From positions 29,202,001 through 29,266,000 of the forward strand of contig JBHGNT010000001.1 in NCBI GenBank assembly GCA_043228905.1: a stretch of DNA of 64,000 nt, in the 5' to 3' direction. Position 1 is the first letter of the stretch, and every line of letters starts with the position of its first letter. Both the position numbers and the translations under genes were made by a program. Below are positions 13,741 through 24,653 of the stretch, piece after piece. Below the pieces are notes generated by a model that saw only the letters and a program-made list of their open reading frames with translations, did no database searches and was not told the DNA's origin. The DNA is from Azolla caroliniana. Lineage: Eukaryota > Plantae > Polypodiophyta.

Positions 13741-16045
13741 TGTATCATTGCATGTAATGTACAAAAGCACTCTGTTTCTTTTTTCTGAATTTGTTCAAAG
13801 TGGCCTAGATAGGATTTTGCTTTTAGCAATAATAATGATTGTTGTTACCAATGAGTCTAATATATATGCAATTGATATTGAGATCAATTGAGCATATGGA
13901 AGAATCATATTGATGGGTAGCTTCTCAGGCCTTTCAGTGTATAGGGGTTTGTAGTAATGCATTCTTATCTGTGTTGCGGTTTAACCAATACTAGGTATCA
14001 ATATGTTTTTTGTAACAAATCCATTTGTACATTATTGTACGACATATCTATTGTTTCAATACATTTTTTGTAACAAAAATTCTGTCAACTTTTTAAATCA
14101 GAATGCCTCTTCTTTGAAAGAATATAAATTGCTTTACAGTTATTTGCTCATAGGTATCGTGATCAAAGAATTATTTGTAACAATGTCTTTGTGTGTCCTA
14201 AGTACTAAAATTTGCACGCTGGAAAAAGTAGTTTCTTATTCAATGGCAATTCATAAAGTAGTTTCCCTGTCACGTTATATCGTGCAAATGTTTGCTATGG
14301 AGTTGCTTCTTTAATGGCCCTAAGTCCACCCGACCCTCAGTTCATCTATTAACTTCTTTGCTCTTTGCTTTGAAAATTCATTGTTGTGAGTTATAATCTC
14401 AATACCCTGGTTGTTATTGTGTATATGTAACAATCAGGGTTCCTTCTCAACAATACTCAATAACTTTTTAACTTGAAATTTGGGGAAACGTTACTTCCAT
14501 CATCTATGTTGGCATGGCATCATTACGATGATGTGTGATCCATCAACAATGCTAAATCATTAGGGATTGAAACCTTACGAGTGGATCAATGAGACTACCC
14601 AAATGGCATATTTATTGATGGTATGATTCACTTTACAAATTCTTGTATTTGAGTGTTGTGTCTCATATCATTCAACAAATGTAAGAGTTTCTTGTTCATT
14701 TCATATTTTGGTTTGCTTTTTAGGGTAATACCAGTTGAACACTGAAACTACGCTAGCATTGCATGTGTTTGTTATTTTCTTGCTTCTATTTTTTTTATCT
14801 CAGCTTCTTTGCTTTCTGATGCAGATCTGTTTTGTTAATTCCTTAAGCATATGATTAATAAGAGAGGGGAGCATGCATTCATGGCCATTTCTTCTGACAT
14901 TATGGTTCCATCCCATGCTGAAACGAGAATACTATCCAATGGCATGGCGATCACAATCCATCTGCACCTTGCCTTTTCTTATGAAGGTCACATACATCAT
15001 GGTTCCTTTCATGAATATTTTCATATGATACAATTGAACAACGATAATAGATTACCATCTACATGTCACATGCATGTATATTCCATAAATGTTTCATTAG
15101 ATTGTAGAAAGATAATAGATTACCACCTGCATTTGACATGCATGTATATGAGAAAACATCAAGTGCATTTCTGAAACCCAAGGATGCAAAAGTGAATGCA
15201 ACAATGATTTGCTGAACTTTATGTCGAAAACTTCATGCGTAATTATGAATATGAAAACAAGGTTCTTTGAATGTCATGCTCTTATCTAAAAATTCCTCCT
15301 TTTTCCTGTAGAGTTATTATGCTATGCAAAAAAATTAAAATAACGCGTCTTTGTAACCATGTAGATGTTTACTGCCTTACTAGCACAACCATACTCATTG
15401 TCCTTCCATATCATTAGAAGCCTTTTCTCTCCTGCCACATTTTTGCAGTTCTTTTCTTCTCTAATATGAAGGAATGAAGGACCAACTTCTTTGTTTGACC
15501 ACATTCTGGATTGGTCCCTCTGGCTTCATTTTGTTCTCTCAAGGAAGAATGAGGCCCATATCTCTAGCACCTCAGTTCAATATTAATATCAGGAGCCAAA
15601 CGTTCCAGGTTGGGAATATAATAATTGATCAATTCTTGAAAGTTGAGAGCTGGAGGAATCTACATCAAGTTTGAACTTGTGATCAAGAATGTTGCATCAT
15701 GTACAAGCTGTAGAATAGTTTGAACTCTCAAAGGAGTTTTTCTCTTGTTAGATTGGAATCGATCACATTCTCCTGCTTCAGTACCTCCTGAATCCTCGCA
15801 TTTGATTGTGGCTCCACAACTAAATTCATAATTAAGCATCTATTGTCAAATATTGAGAGATTGTAATTTGATCTGAATAAACCCCAAGATTGAAATTTGA
15901 TCAAGAATTTGATGTTACATTCTATGCAAAGGAGAGTTTCTTTTGTAAGATTGGGATCTATTCTGGTCTCCTTTCTTTCAATTGTTTCCATTTAAATCGA
16001 GAGATTGTAGTTTGAGTAACCATCAATAGTTGACATGCTCCAATA

Positions 16046-18247
16046 TCAGTAACAGCCGTAGATATTCATGTCTGATGTAAATGTGTGTAATTGGCATGAA
16101 CTAACAAAGGTCATCCACGATGCACCAGTGGGTTGATAAGGTAGGTTATTTATTAGACACCCTATTTCAAACACTTGCCCAGCGCGGCCAAAAAGATCAA
16201 TCAAACAATTGAAATGCTCCACGGTGAGCATAATATTGTACATGCTATGCATATATAGAAAATACATATAACCTTGATCCACCATGCCAGTATGACTAAA
16301 TGCAGATAATATGGAGTGCAATGTACAATCATCTGGAATAAAGACGTCAGAATTCATCTTGTCGAATAATCTGATGACATCTATCACTTGGCCATGATGA
16401 GCATAGGCAGACATTATCGAGTTACATGCCATTAAACTAGGACTAGTAATTCTATCAAACATCACTCGAGCATCTTCTAGGGAGCCACATTTGCTATACA
16501 TGTTTATAAGAGCTACTCTTACACAGGAATCCATCTCAAAATCATGGTTTGCAATGTAATGATGGATGTTTCTGCTCTTCATGAGGCCTGCTTCTGCAGT
16601 ACAAGAAGGTAACATAACCAAAAATATGAGCTTGTCAGGCACCACGCCTTCAACAAGCATTCTCTCGAATAGATGGAGAGCTTCTTTATCTAGAGCATGA
16701 TGAGTATATGAAGCTATTAATGAGCTCCATGATACTAAATTGTGATGAGCCATTGAAGAGAATACACTCAGAGCATCTTCCAAAGCCCCACATTTTCCAT
16801 ACATATCAACAAGGCTGTTCCCAATCTCTAAGCTTAAAATAATTCCATGCGAAATTATTTGATCATGCATCAGCACGCCTAGATTCAGCGCAACCTCATC
16901 TGCACATATAGACAAGAGTGTTACAAAGGTGACCTTGTTGGGGGTAATATTTTCAGCATGTAATTCATAAAAAAGAAAAAATGCTTCTTTGATGCTCCCA
17001 TGTTGGGTATATCCAGTAATCATGGCATTCCAAATGCTTATATGTCGGCCATCGAGGGCATCAAACATCATTCTAGCCTCATCAATATGTCCACACTTAC
17101 TATACATTGTGATGATGGCAGTCTCAACTACAATATCCAGCACATATGGACATCCTATGATACGGGCATGCATGCATCGACCTTCAAAATAGTCTTGTTC
17201 AGCACATAATGCAGTCAAAGCACTAGAATAAGTCACTTCATCGGGCAAAATACCTTCCAATTGCATATGAGTGAATAAGCTCATGTGTTGGAAATGAGCA
17301 CTCCATGTCATGATCATCACATTCCATGTGATCAAGTTCTTCTCGGAAATGCTATGGAAGATTTTATACGCTCCACCAAGGTTCCCACACCTACTGTACA
17401 TGTTTAGAGCTGCATTTTGTAGTGAAATATCCATCTTGAAAGGGCTGCCAAATGTGGATGCATACACCCTCTTTCCTACATCCAACAACTTCAATCTTGC
17501 ACAAGTTGATAAAACTGTGACATAAGTGATTTTATCTGGAATCAAACTTTCTCTCAACATCTGATAGAAGGCCTGCAAGCTTTCCTTGCCTAGATCCTGA
17601 TGCTGGCCATATATGGCTAGCATAGAATTCCAGGTAAATACATTTCGATCTTGCATAGTGTCAAAAGTCCATTGAGCATGATCAAGTCTACCACATTTTC
17701 CATTGATGCTACCACATTGTATACTTCCCCAATGGCAATCATGATTACCACACTTATAATAGTTATCACAACATTTTCCATACATATTCACGAGAGCAGT
17801 GGCTACCGCAACACTGCATTCAAATCCATAGCACAACACCAAACGATGCAACCACATACCTTGGATCAATGAAGATCCTGATCTATGTTGAATGCATGCA
17901 GAAATAGCAGTGGCAAAGGAGACCTCATCAGGACAACATTCTAAGCACATATGTTGGAAGAAGTCCATGGAAGCTCTGACAGAGCCATGTCTTACATAGG
18001 CTCCAATCATGAGGTTCCAAGAGAATATGTTGTGCCGAGGCATGTGGTTGAAGACGGAGCGAGCCGATTGAACACATCCACATTCGCCATACATCTGGAT
18101 GATGAGATTGGAGAGGAGGAGAGAAGTGTCCCCTCCTCTGACAAGTTCGTCGTGAAGGAGCATACCTGCAGACAGGTTCCTCGAGGTCCCATGGCTGCGC
18201 AGAAGACGAGCAAAGACATCTTCGAGGGCGCGTCTTCGACTTCTCAT
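16046..18247 (-). CDS. PLS-class pentatricopeptide repeat protein, ends inside the E1 domain, no DYW
   Basis: Single long ORF; the first in-frame ATG is at 18247 (the track start at 18265 is TTG). It has repeating P-L-S triplets (SWNLMIGAY.., LVNMYGKC.., DARVMFD), a terminal P2-L2-S2 (SILSAFSHTGMVDQG..EHFNCLIDLFGRAG) and the E1 start PYQPTGASWMTFVSSCQLH, followed by a stop. Confidence 0.92.
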   Translation of the reverse strand: MRSRRRALEDVFARLLRSHGTSRNLSAGMLLHDELVRGGDTSLLLSNLIIQMYGECGCVQSARSVFNHMPRHNIFSWNLMIGAYVRHGSVRASMDFFQHMCLECCPDEVSFATAISACIQHRSGSSLIQGMWLHRLVLCYGFECSVAVATALVNMYGKCCDNYYKCGNHDCHWGSIQCGSINGKCGRLDHAQWTFDTMQDRNVFTWNSMLAIYGQHQDLGKESLQAFYQMLRESLIPDKITYVTVLSTCARLKLLDVGKRVYASTFGSPFKMDISLQNAALNMYSRCGNLGGAYKIFHSISEKNLITWNVMIMTWSAHFQHMSLFTHMQLEGILPDEVTYSSALTALCAEQDYFEGRCMHARIIGCPYVLDIVVETAIITMYSKCGHIDEARMMFDALDGRHISIWNAMITGYTQHGSIKEAFFLFYELHAENITPNKVTFVTLLSICADEVALNLGVLMHDQIISHGIILSLEIGNSLVDMYGKCGALEDALSVFSSMAHHNLVSWSSLIASYTHHALDKEALHLFERMLVEGVVPDKLIFLVMLPSCTAEAGLMKSRNIHHYIANHDFEMDSCVRVALINMYSKCGSLEDARVMFDRITSPSLMACNSIMSAYAHHGQVIDVIRLFDKMNSDVFIPDDCTLHSILSAFSHTGMVDQGYMYFLYMHSMYNIMLTVEHFNCLIDLFGRAGQVFEIGCLINNLPYQPTGASWMTFVSSCQLHTFTSDMNIYGCY

Positions 18248-18442
18248 GTCATGCCATGATGACAAAGTTGTTAGTTGAAAACCAGAAGAGACGTGAGGTC
18301 CTCCCCGCCGTGTGTGTTAATTAATTAACTCACAGTACTCGCGAGAGCTCAGCCAATTATTTCTTCACAAATTCGATTTCGGGTTTGCCTGGCCATTCAT
18401 TGATTTGTGCATGACCATCTCATGTATGTAGTTGTCGACAAC

Positions 18443-18512
18443 ATATATATATATATGTATGTATGTATGTATGTATATATGTATGTATATGTATGTATAT
18501 ATGTATGTATAT
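18443..18512. repeat. (TA)n/(TATG)n compound microsatellite
   Basis: ATATATATAT followed by repeated GTAT/GTATAT units. Confidence 0.9.
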
Positions 18513-21500
18513 GAGAAATGGCAAGATAGTTTATGGGGAAACTGGCTAATCCTTTGAGTGTTAATAGAAGAGAGTTTGTATGAGAGGTACGGGTTTACAT
18601 TATTGCTTCATAAATTTCAAGGAAGTTTTTGATATGCTACCTCATGAGGTTCCATGTCCATATGAGGGTATGTGCTAATGATGCCCTCGTGTATGCACAT
18701 CTCATTTGAGGGTGTATGTATGCTACATGGATATGAGGAGGATCTCTTGAAATCATGTTCATTAAAGAGTCTACATGCCACATCCACAGGACTGTCGCAG
18801 GAGAGGAGTGAGATGTATGGTTTGTGTGAGTTAAGTGTCCATTTCCTCATAGATGATCAACCATGATTGAAGGGTAAAGGGCAACATTGTTTAGGGTCTC
18901 CACAAAGGCCTTTACCCTTGGCGTAATAAAATCTCCATCAAATCCAAAGAATTTGTTTGGTATAGGTTGGTGGGTGGGCTTCTCCTTTCATCCTGTTACC
19001 CTCTCAAGACACAACATTGGAAATAGCCCTTGGCTCTTGTTTCTCTTGTATACAATAAAGGGGACTCAGTAGAACAATGCACAGTCTCTCCTATCGAAGA
19101 TGTGGCGTTTGGTTAAGGGAATCATGCATCCATGTGATTATATTTTTGGAAAGATAAGTGTATCAACATCAAAAAGGCAAGTTGGATAGTGACAATTTGA
19201 ATGTGGGTTGTTTCTCTTGCCTTCAGGATATAATCAAGTGTGCTCTCTCAACCTCCTATTGGGAATTTGGAAACATTTAAGGCCATTAGAATCTCATCAT
19301 ATGCTTATATTGTTGGCAATAACTATTTGGTGTAGAGACCACAAATTGAATAGACGTTTTCCATATCTTGTGTTGTCTCGTCCCAAGTTGGTTGAGCTCC
19401 TATATGTTGCCAAGTCCTCCAAAGTTATCTAGTGCATCATCCTTGGCCCTTCCAAGTCAAAAGTATCACATTGGCTCTTTACCATATTAAAGTCTCATAT
19501 GAGGAATAATTTACCTAGACTTGAGTAATGCATAATGCTAGAGCAATGTGCACTCATCATAAGAGAAGTGTGATCATGCTCAACCCTTGTGCTAGTGGCT
19601 TGCTGATATGCAGCTTCAAATTGGAAGTTTTGTAGTGAGGTAGACCTTAAATATTGGGGCTTTAGCATGTCTTCGTAATGAGGACCATGTCTCATCCCAA
19701 GTTACAATGAATATTAATGTGCCAATTCTATTTATTCAAACAAGTTGATTTTTGTTTCCTCGGTGTTCTTATGATCTATTGGTGCTTTAATGTGTCTCCT
19801 TACCTACATTGCAACATCAATAAATTAGTCGTCATAACATTAAAGTGTTTTGTACACATAATTAATGTAATTTTGTTTCCACCCAAAAAAAGAGACATCA
19901 TTGCGGTTGTATGTCAACATCCACGACGTCCAACGTGACTCATGGATCCAAATATCATTACAAAGAAATCTCCTTAACCATGCATACGCGGGGGTCTTAA
20001 ATCTCATTACAAAGTTATCTCCACAATCGTGTATCAAGGGGGGGGGTGCTAAACTAGTTGAAATAAATCAAATTAAAATGCTCAGAAGATCATGCATGAG
20101 TATCTCCAAAATTACATGAATATCCTTGTTATAACAAAGACAAAGGGATAGACACAGATTGAGAATGCAGATAAATTAAATTTAGTTTGAGACATGTCAT
20201 GTCAATGGGATTGAGAAGAAGAATTTGATTATGTCATGTGGAAATCTTACAAGTCCGCCCATATCTTGTGATCTAAAGAAGCACAAAAAACTCCTTCCCC
20301 TTCATGAATCTCTCAAGAAACCACCTCCATAAACTTACCAAAAAATATGCAAATGATGTGTCTATCCCACCACCACACAGTGACAGGGTTGACAAATGAT
20401 TGCCATGGAGTTCACCCCAATTTGTGTTTATTACGATGTCAAGATACGCATTGAAAATGGCTTTGTCCATCATCGTCCTTCATCTCAATGAATTGCTGGA
20501 AAATAGAAATAAACAAATAAGTGCACAATTCAGGTAGGGAAAGTGGGTATCATCACCATCATGAGCATAACAATTACCAAAGCATAAACAGTATGGCATG
20601 ATGTTGATTGATTCAACTTTGATGCCATTTTTTTTGTCATGCTTCAAAACTACGGAATAATGAAAAGAAAAAGACAGATACATACATTAACAACTAGAAT
20701 AGATTTAATACTTAAAACATTGGTTAATCTCACATCTCCTTCTTTTCCCATGACTTCAATAAGGTCAATGTGAACAAAGATGGCCCACAACAAAACATTC
20801 GTGCATCAGAAAACCAAAGTGAAATGAAGAAAATAAATGGGCACAACACACCAGACAAATCAAAAGATTGATTTATTACTCTCCCTTCAGCCACTTCAAT
20901 GACATTCCGTTTGCACAGTCTTTTCTCTGCCATTTTCTTGGTTTATTAGTTTATCCAAACATTGTCTTTAGAATATGTAACCGTAAGTTGTAATCAAGTG
21001 ACTTGTTAGGATGAGAGCTCACGTTGTTTTGCTACTTCCATGTCTAGTTCTGTGGTGACTTCTCGCAGTCTTTAAACAGATGAAATTAAGCCAGCAAAGA
21101 GTCCACCCTCATTATTGTCTGATTGTTGCAATGGTTATTCTTTCCTTAAACCAATTTGCAAGGCCTGCAAAAGCTGTTTTATGGACATCAATAAGTCACA
21201 AGCAGAATGCTCGCATGGAAACTGCACAAAACATTTGCTCAATTATAAACTCAAAAATTATAAACATTTCTACATAAGAAGGACGCCAACCTGATTTTGA
21301 CAGTTATCCAAAGATCCTAGTCTTTTATCTTGTTCTGTCCTTTGAGAATCTGCACTTAAAAAAGAAAGTTAAGGGGATCAGGAGGTAAAATAACATGTCA
21401 GACAAATGTAGTTGAGCTGCTAAAAATTACTTACTAGTTAATATTAGACCTCTCTTAGAGCATTAACATTGTTTACACTGATGCGTCAAGCTATTGTGTT

Positions 21501-21890
21501 TTTCCAATGAAGGGTTTGCAAACCCAGAATATCCGTTGCAGTGTCCCCAACAGGATGACAATGTGGAAGTGAAGCTGACAATGGTAACTGCACTGATCAT
21601 CATTACTCACGCTATTTGAGCATGCCAATTATGCATCAGCCAGCCTCTAGGCTGCAATTAGAAAAGACAAGGAAATACCTGAAATTGTCGCAACATGTAA
21701 GCCTGTGTAAGGATCACTTTGCAAGTAGAACACTGCTAGCACAAAAGCACCTACAATGTTGAGCAGACCAGAAGCCAAGTACCAAGACTTTGGACAAATG
21801 TTTTCCAATACCATGTTTGAGAAGCTTTCCACACATGTTACCAGTACCATATTTGAGAAGTCTTCCCTGCTAGCAAAAACATTTCTAATA

Positions 21891-24653
21891 TCAGCAGTAC
21901 GCCATGAACATTCCTGTGGTAGTGCACTTTTCTCCTATCCCAGACCATTCACTAACATTCTCAAACATATTCAGACTTGCCCCAGGCTGCTCCATTCCTG
22001 ATGTGATTCTCATAGCATCAATCATCTTCGCATCCTCCCACATATGGGCACCTGCATATATTCTAGACATTGAAATGAACAGGGCATAATGCTTCTCATC
22101 TGATTTATAGGCACTTTCAAAGGCTTGTCTTGCAAGCTCTATATCACCGCCTTTTCGACAAGCACCTAATAAGGTACTCCATGTCACTAGATTAGGTTGA
22201 AAAGGCATGTCATACAAAATGGCCACAGCCTCCTCCAGCCGACCTGCACGACCTAAGAGATCAACCATGCAATTGTAGTGCTCAATAGTCAAAGGGAGGT
22301 CATATTCTTCACCCATCATGTCAAAATACTTTTGGCCGTTAAGCACAAGGCCTGCATGACTACACACAGTGAGGATGCTAAGGAATGTGATTGAATTTGG
22401 AAAGACATCTAGCAACTTCATACGCTCAAACAAATATAATACAACCTCGTTATGCCCTTGGCAAGCATACCCTGCAAGGAGTGCATTCCAAACAACTACA
22501 TCTTGACCTGGCATGTCATCAAACACATCATGTGCTTCTGCAAGTGCACCACATTTTGCATACATGTCTACCAAGGTACCTCTAATAAATGAATCTCTTT
22601 CATATCCATCTACACTGATCTCGGCATGCAACTTTTGGCCCTTATCTACAGCTCCTATGCTGCTGCAAGCTTTTAAACCGCATACGTATGTGAGCACATC
22701 TGGCATTACACCCTCTAATTGCATATGTTCAAGGCATTGCAGTACATCTTCATCAAACCCATGTTCATCATACCGTGAGCTCAATGCATTCCATGACACA
22801 ACATCTCTTGTTTGCAATTCATCGAACAATTCTCTCGCTTCTATAAGTGAGCCACACCGAGCATACATATCAACTAGCGTGTTACCAACGAAAAGATCAT
22901 CCTCAAAACACTCTACCACCAAGTCTGCATGTATTTGACGCCCTTTATCAAGTGCTCCTATCAGACCACACGCTTTCAAACTGCAAACGTATGTGACATC
23001 ATTTGGTGATACACCATCGAATTCCATCTCTTTAAGACGGGTGAGAGCTTCAGAACCGAGTCCATTCTCAACATAACCTGAAATAAGTGCAGTCCACGAA
23101 ATTACATTTTTTTTCGACAGTTTATCAAATATCATCTGCGCTTCAGCAAGGGAGCCACATTTAGTGTACACATCTACTAAGGCACTGCCAACAAGGGGGT
23201 CTCTTTCAAGACCTTCTTTGGTAACATCAGTATATATGTCTTGAACTAAGTGTATATCTTTTGAGCTATCATGACCTTTCAAACTAGAGATAAAGGTTAA
23301 ATCATTGGGGGAAACACCCTCCTTATGCATCCTTTCTAGGCACAATCGAGCTTTCTCACCCTCCCCATGTTCAGCATACGCTGCAATGAGTACGTTCCAT
23401 AAAACCACATCTCTGAATAATAATCCTTCAAACACCTTTTCAGCTTCTACAAGAGACCCATGTTTCGCATGCATATCGACAAGAATACTTCCAACAAAAG
23501 GTTCTCCTTCTAGTCCTACTTTTACAATATCAAGATGTATTTCTTGAGCTTTACCGATAGCCTCTATACTACTACATGCCTTGAGGACACAAACGTAAGT
23601 CACTGCATCTGGAGAGGAGCCCTCCATTTTCATTTTCTCAAAACATTGCAATCCTTTCACATAAAGACCATTGTCAACATAGCCTGCAATGAGAGCCGTC
23701 CAGGATACAGTATCTTGGATTGCCAACTCTTCAAACACCTCTTGTGCTTCTATGAGTAAACCACATTTAACATAAATATCTACCAAGCTACTAGCAACAA
23801 AACGATTACTCTCAAATGCCTCTCTAATTATTTCAGCATGGATCTCTTGGACTTTCTTTATGTTCTTCAGCCTCCCAGAAGCTCTGAGCATTAACTGAAG
23901 AGTGTACCTGTTCGGATGTACATTGTCTCTTCTCATTCGTTCATAAAGCTCAAGAGCAAGGTCAAACTCTCCACGATCAAAATATCCTTGAATAAGAGAA
24001 GTCCAAGAATGCTCATTTCTAAGAGATAACTTGTCAAAAATATATTGAGCTTCTGACACAGACCCACAATCAACAAGCATTGGGACAAGATAATTTCCAA
24101 TCTTCGTGTCTTCTTCGAGTCCATGATCACGGATGTACATGTGAACACGTCTTGCATATTCAAGATTTCTCTCTTTTCTGCATCTTTGCAAGTGGAGGAT
24201 TAGATCATTCTTCAGCAGAGACTTCTCAAAAGGTGATCTTTCTGTAGAAATTATTGTTTCCTCTAAGTTTACAAGAGCCTTTGAAGGATCTTTAATCCAT
24301 AACACATCCTCAGCTCCTCTGCTTACACATGCTTCTTTTATATTAGATACATTCTCTGCTCCTCTGCTAATTCGGACTATATCACCCTTTTTGAGCGACT
24401 TTTCAAAAGAAACATTTACTACATTTGCCGTTTCTCTTCCAAAGCCGATTGTATCACACTTTCTTGATGATTCTTCTAAAGAAAGGATCTCCTTCTCTGA
24501 GATTGCTAGATTTTTAGCATAAACTTTCGAATCTAGCACACTCTCTTCTTGTGTCATCGGTCGTCTTTGCAAAAGATGATGATGAAAATGAAGAGAGATG
24601 TGGATCCATGAACATACCTTTTCGATGCTTCGCTTGCAATGACAAAAGAGCAT
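21891..24653 (-). CDS. PLS-E class pentatricopeptide repeat protein (probable organellar RNA-editing specificity factor), no DYW
   Basis: Intronless 920-aa ORF with a ~140-aa non-PPR N-terminus and PLS triplets (VSWTALIAGY, VTYVCSLKACG, TLVDMYARCG). It ends with TFLSILTVCSHAGLV..EHYNCMVDLLGRAG, E1 (PFQPNLVTWSTLLGACR), E2 (FISMSRIYAGAHMWEDA) and a PG-box-like MEQPGAS. No HxE/CxxC deaminase motif. Confidence 0.95.
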   Translation of the reverse strand: MLFCHCKRSIEKVCSWIHISLHFHHHLLQRRPMTQEESVLDSKVYAKNLAISEKEILSLEESSRKCDTIGFGRETANVVNVSFEKSLKKGDIVRISRGAENVSNIKEACVSRGAEDVLWIKDPSKALVNLEETIISTERSPFEKSLLKNDLILHLQRCRKERNLEYARRVHMYIRDHGLEEDTKIGNYLVPMLVDCGSVSEAQYIFDKLSLRNEHSWTSLIQGYFDRGEFDLALELYERMRRDNVHPNRYTLQLMLRASGRLKNIKKVQEIHAEIIREAFESNRFVASSLVDIYVKCGLLIEAQEVFEELAIQDTVSWTALIAGYVDNGLYVKGLQCFEKMKMEGSSPDAVTYVCVLKACSSIEAIGKAQEIHLDIVKVGLEGEPFVGSILVDMHAKHGSLVEAEKVFEGLLFRDVVLWNVLIAAYAEHGEGEKARLCLERMHKEGVSPNDLTFISSLKGHDSSKDIHLVQDIYTDVTKEGLERDPLVGSALVDVYTKCGSLAEAQMIFDKLSKKNVISWTALISGYVENGLGSEALTRLKEMEFDGVSPNDVTYVCSLKACGLIGALDKGRQIHADLVVECFEDDLFVGNTLVDMYARCGSLIEARELFDELQTRDVVSWNALSSRYDEHGFDEDVLQCLEHMQLEGVMPDVLTYVCGLKACSSIGAVDKGQKLHAEISVDGYERDSFIRGTLVDMYAKCGALAEAHDVFDDMPGQDVVVWNALLAGYACQGHNEVVLYLFERMKLLDVFPNSITFLSILTVCSHAGLVLNGQKYFDMMGEEYDLPLTIEHYNCMVDLLGRAGRLEEAVAILYDMPFQPNLVTWSTLLGACRKGGDIELARQAFESAYKSDEKHYALFISMSRIYAGAHMWEDAKMIDAMRITSGMEQPGASLNMFENVSEWSGIGEKCTTTGMFMAYC

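Noticed and set aside
14480-15265. Exon-like fragments with possible splice sites downstream of SHPRH
   Set aside because: Stops in all plausible frames and no recognisable protein family, so a gene or pseudogene call is not supportable.
18600-20200. Several 60-77 aa ORFs between the two PPR genes
   Set aside because: No recognisable motifs; probably old TE debris that cannot be classified without a search.
16989-23759. Antisense ORFs over the PPR genes (e.g. 22513-22938 +)
   Set aside because: These are shadow ORFs of long repetitive coding frames.
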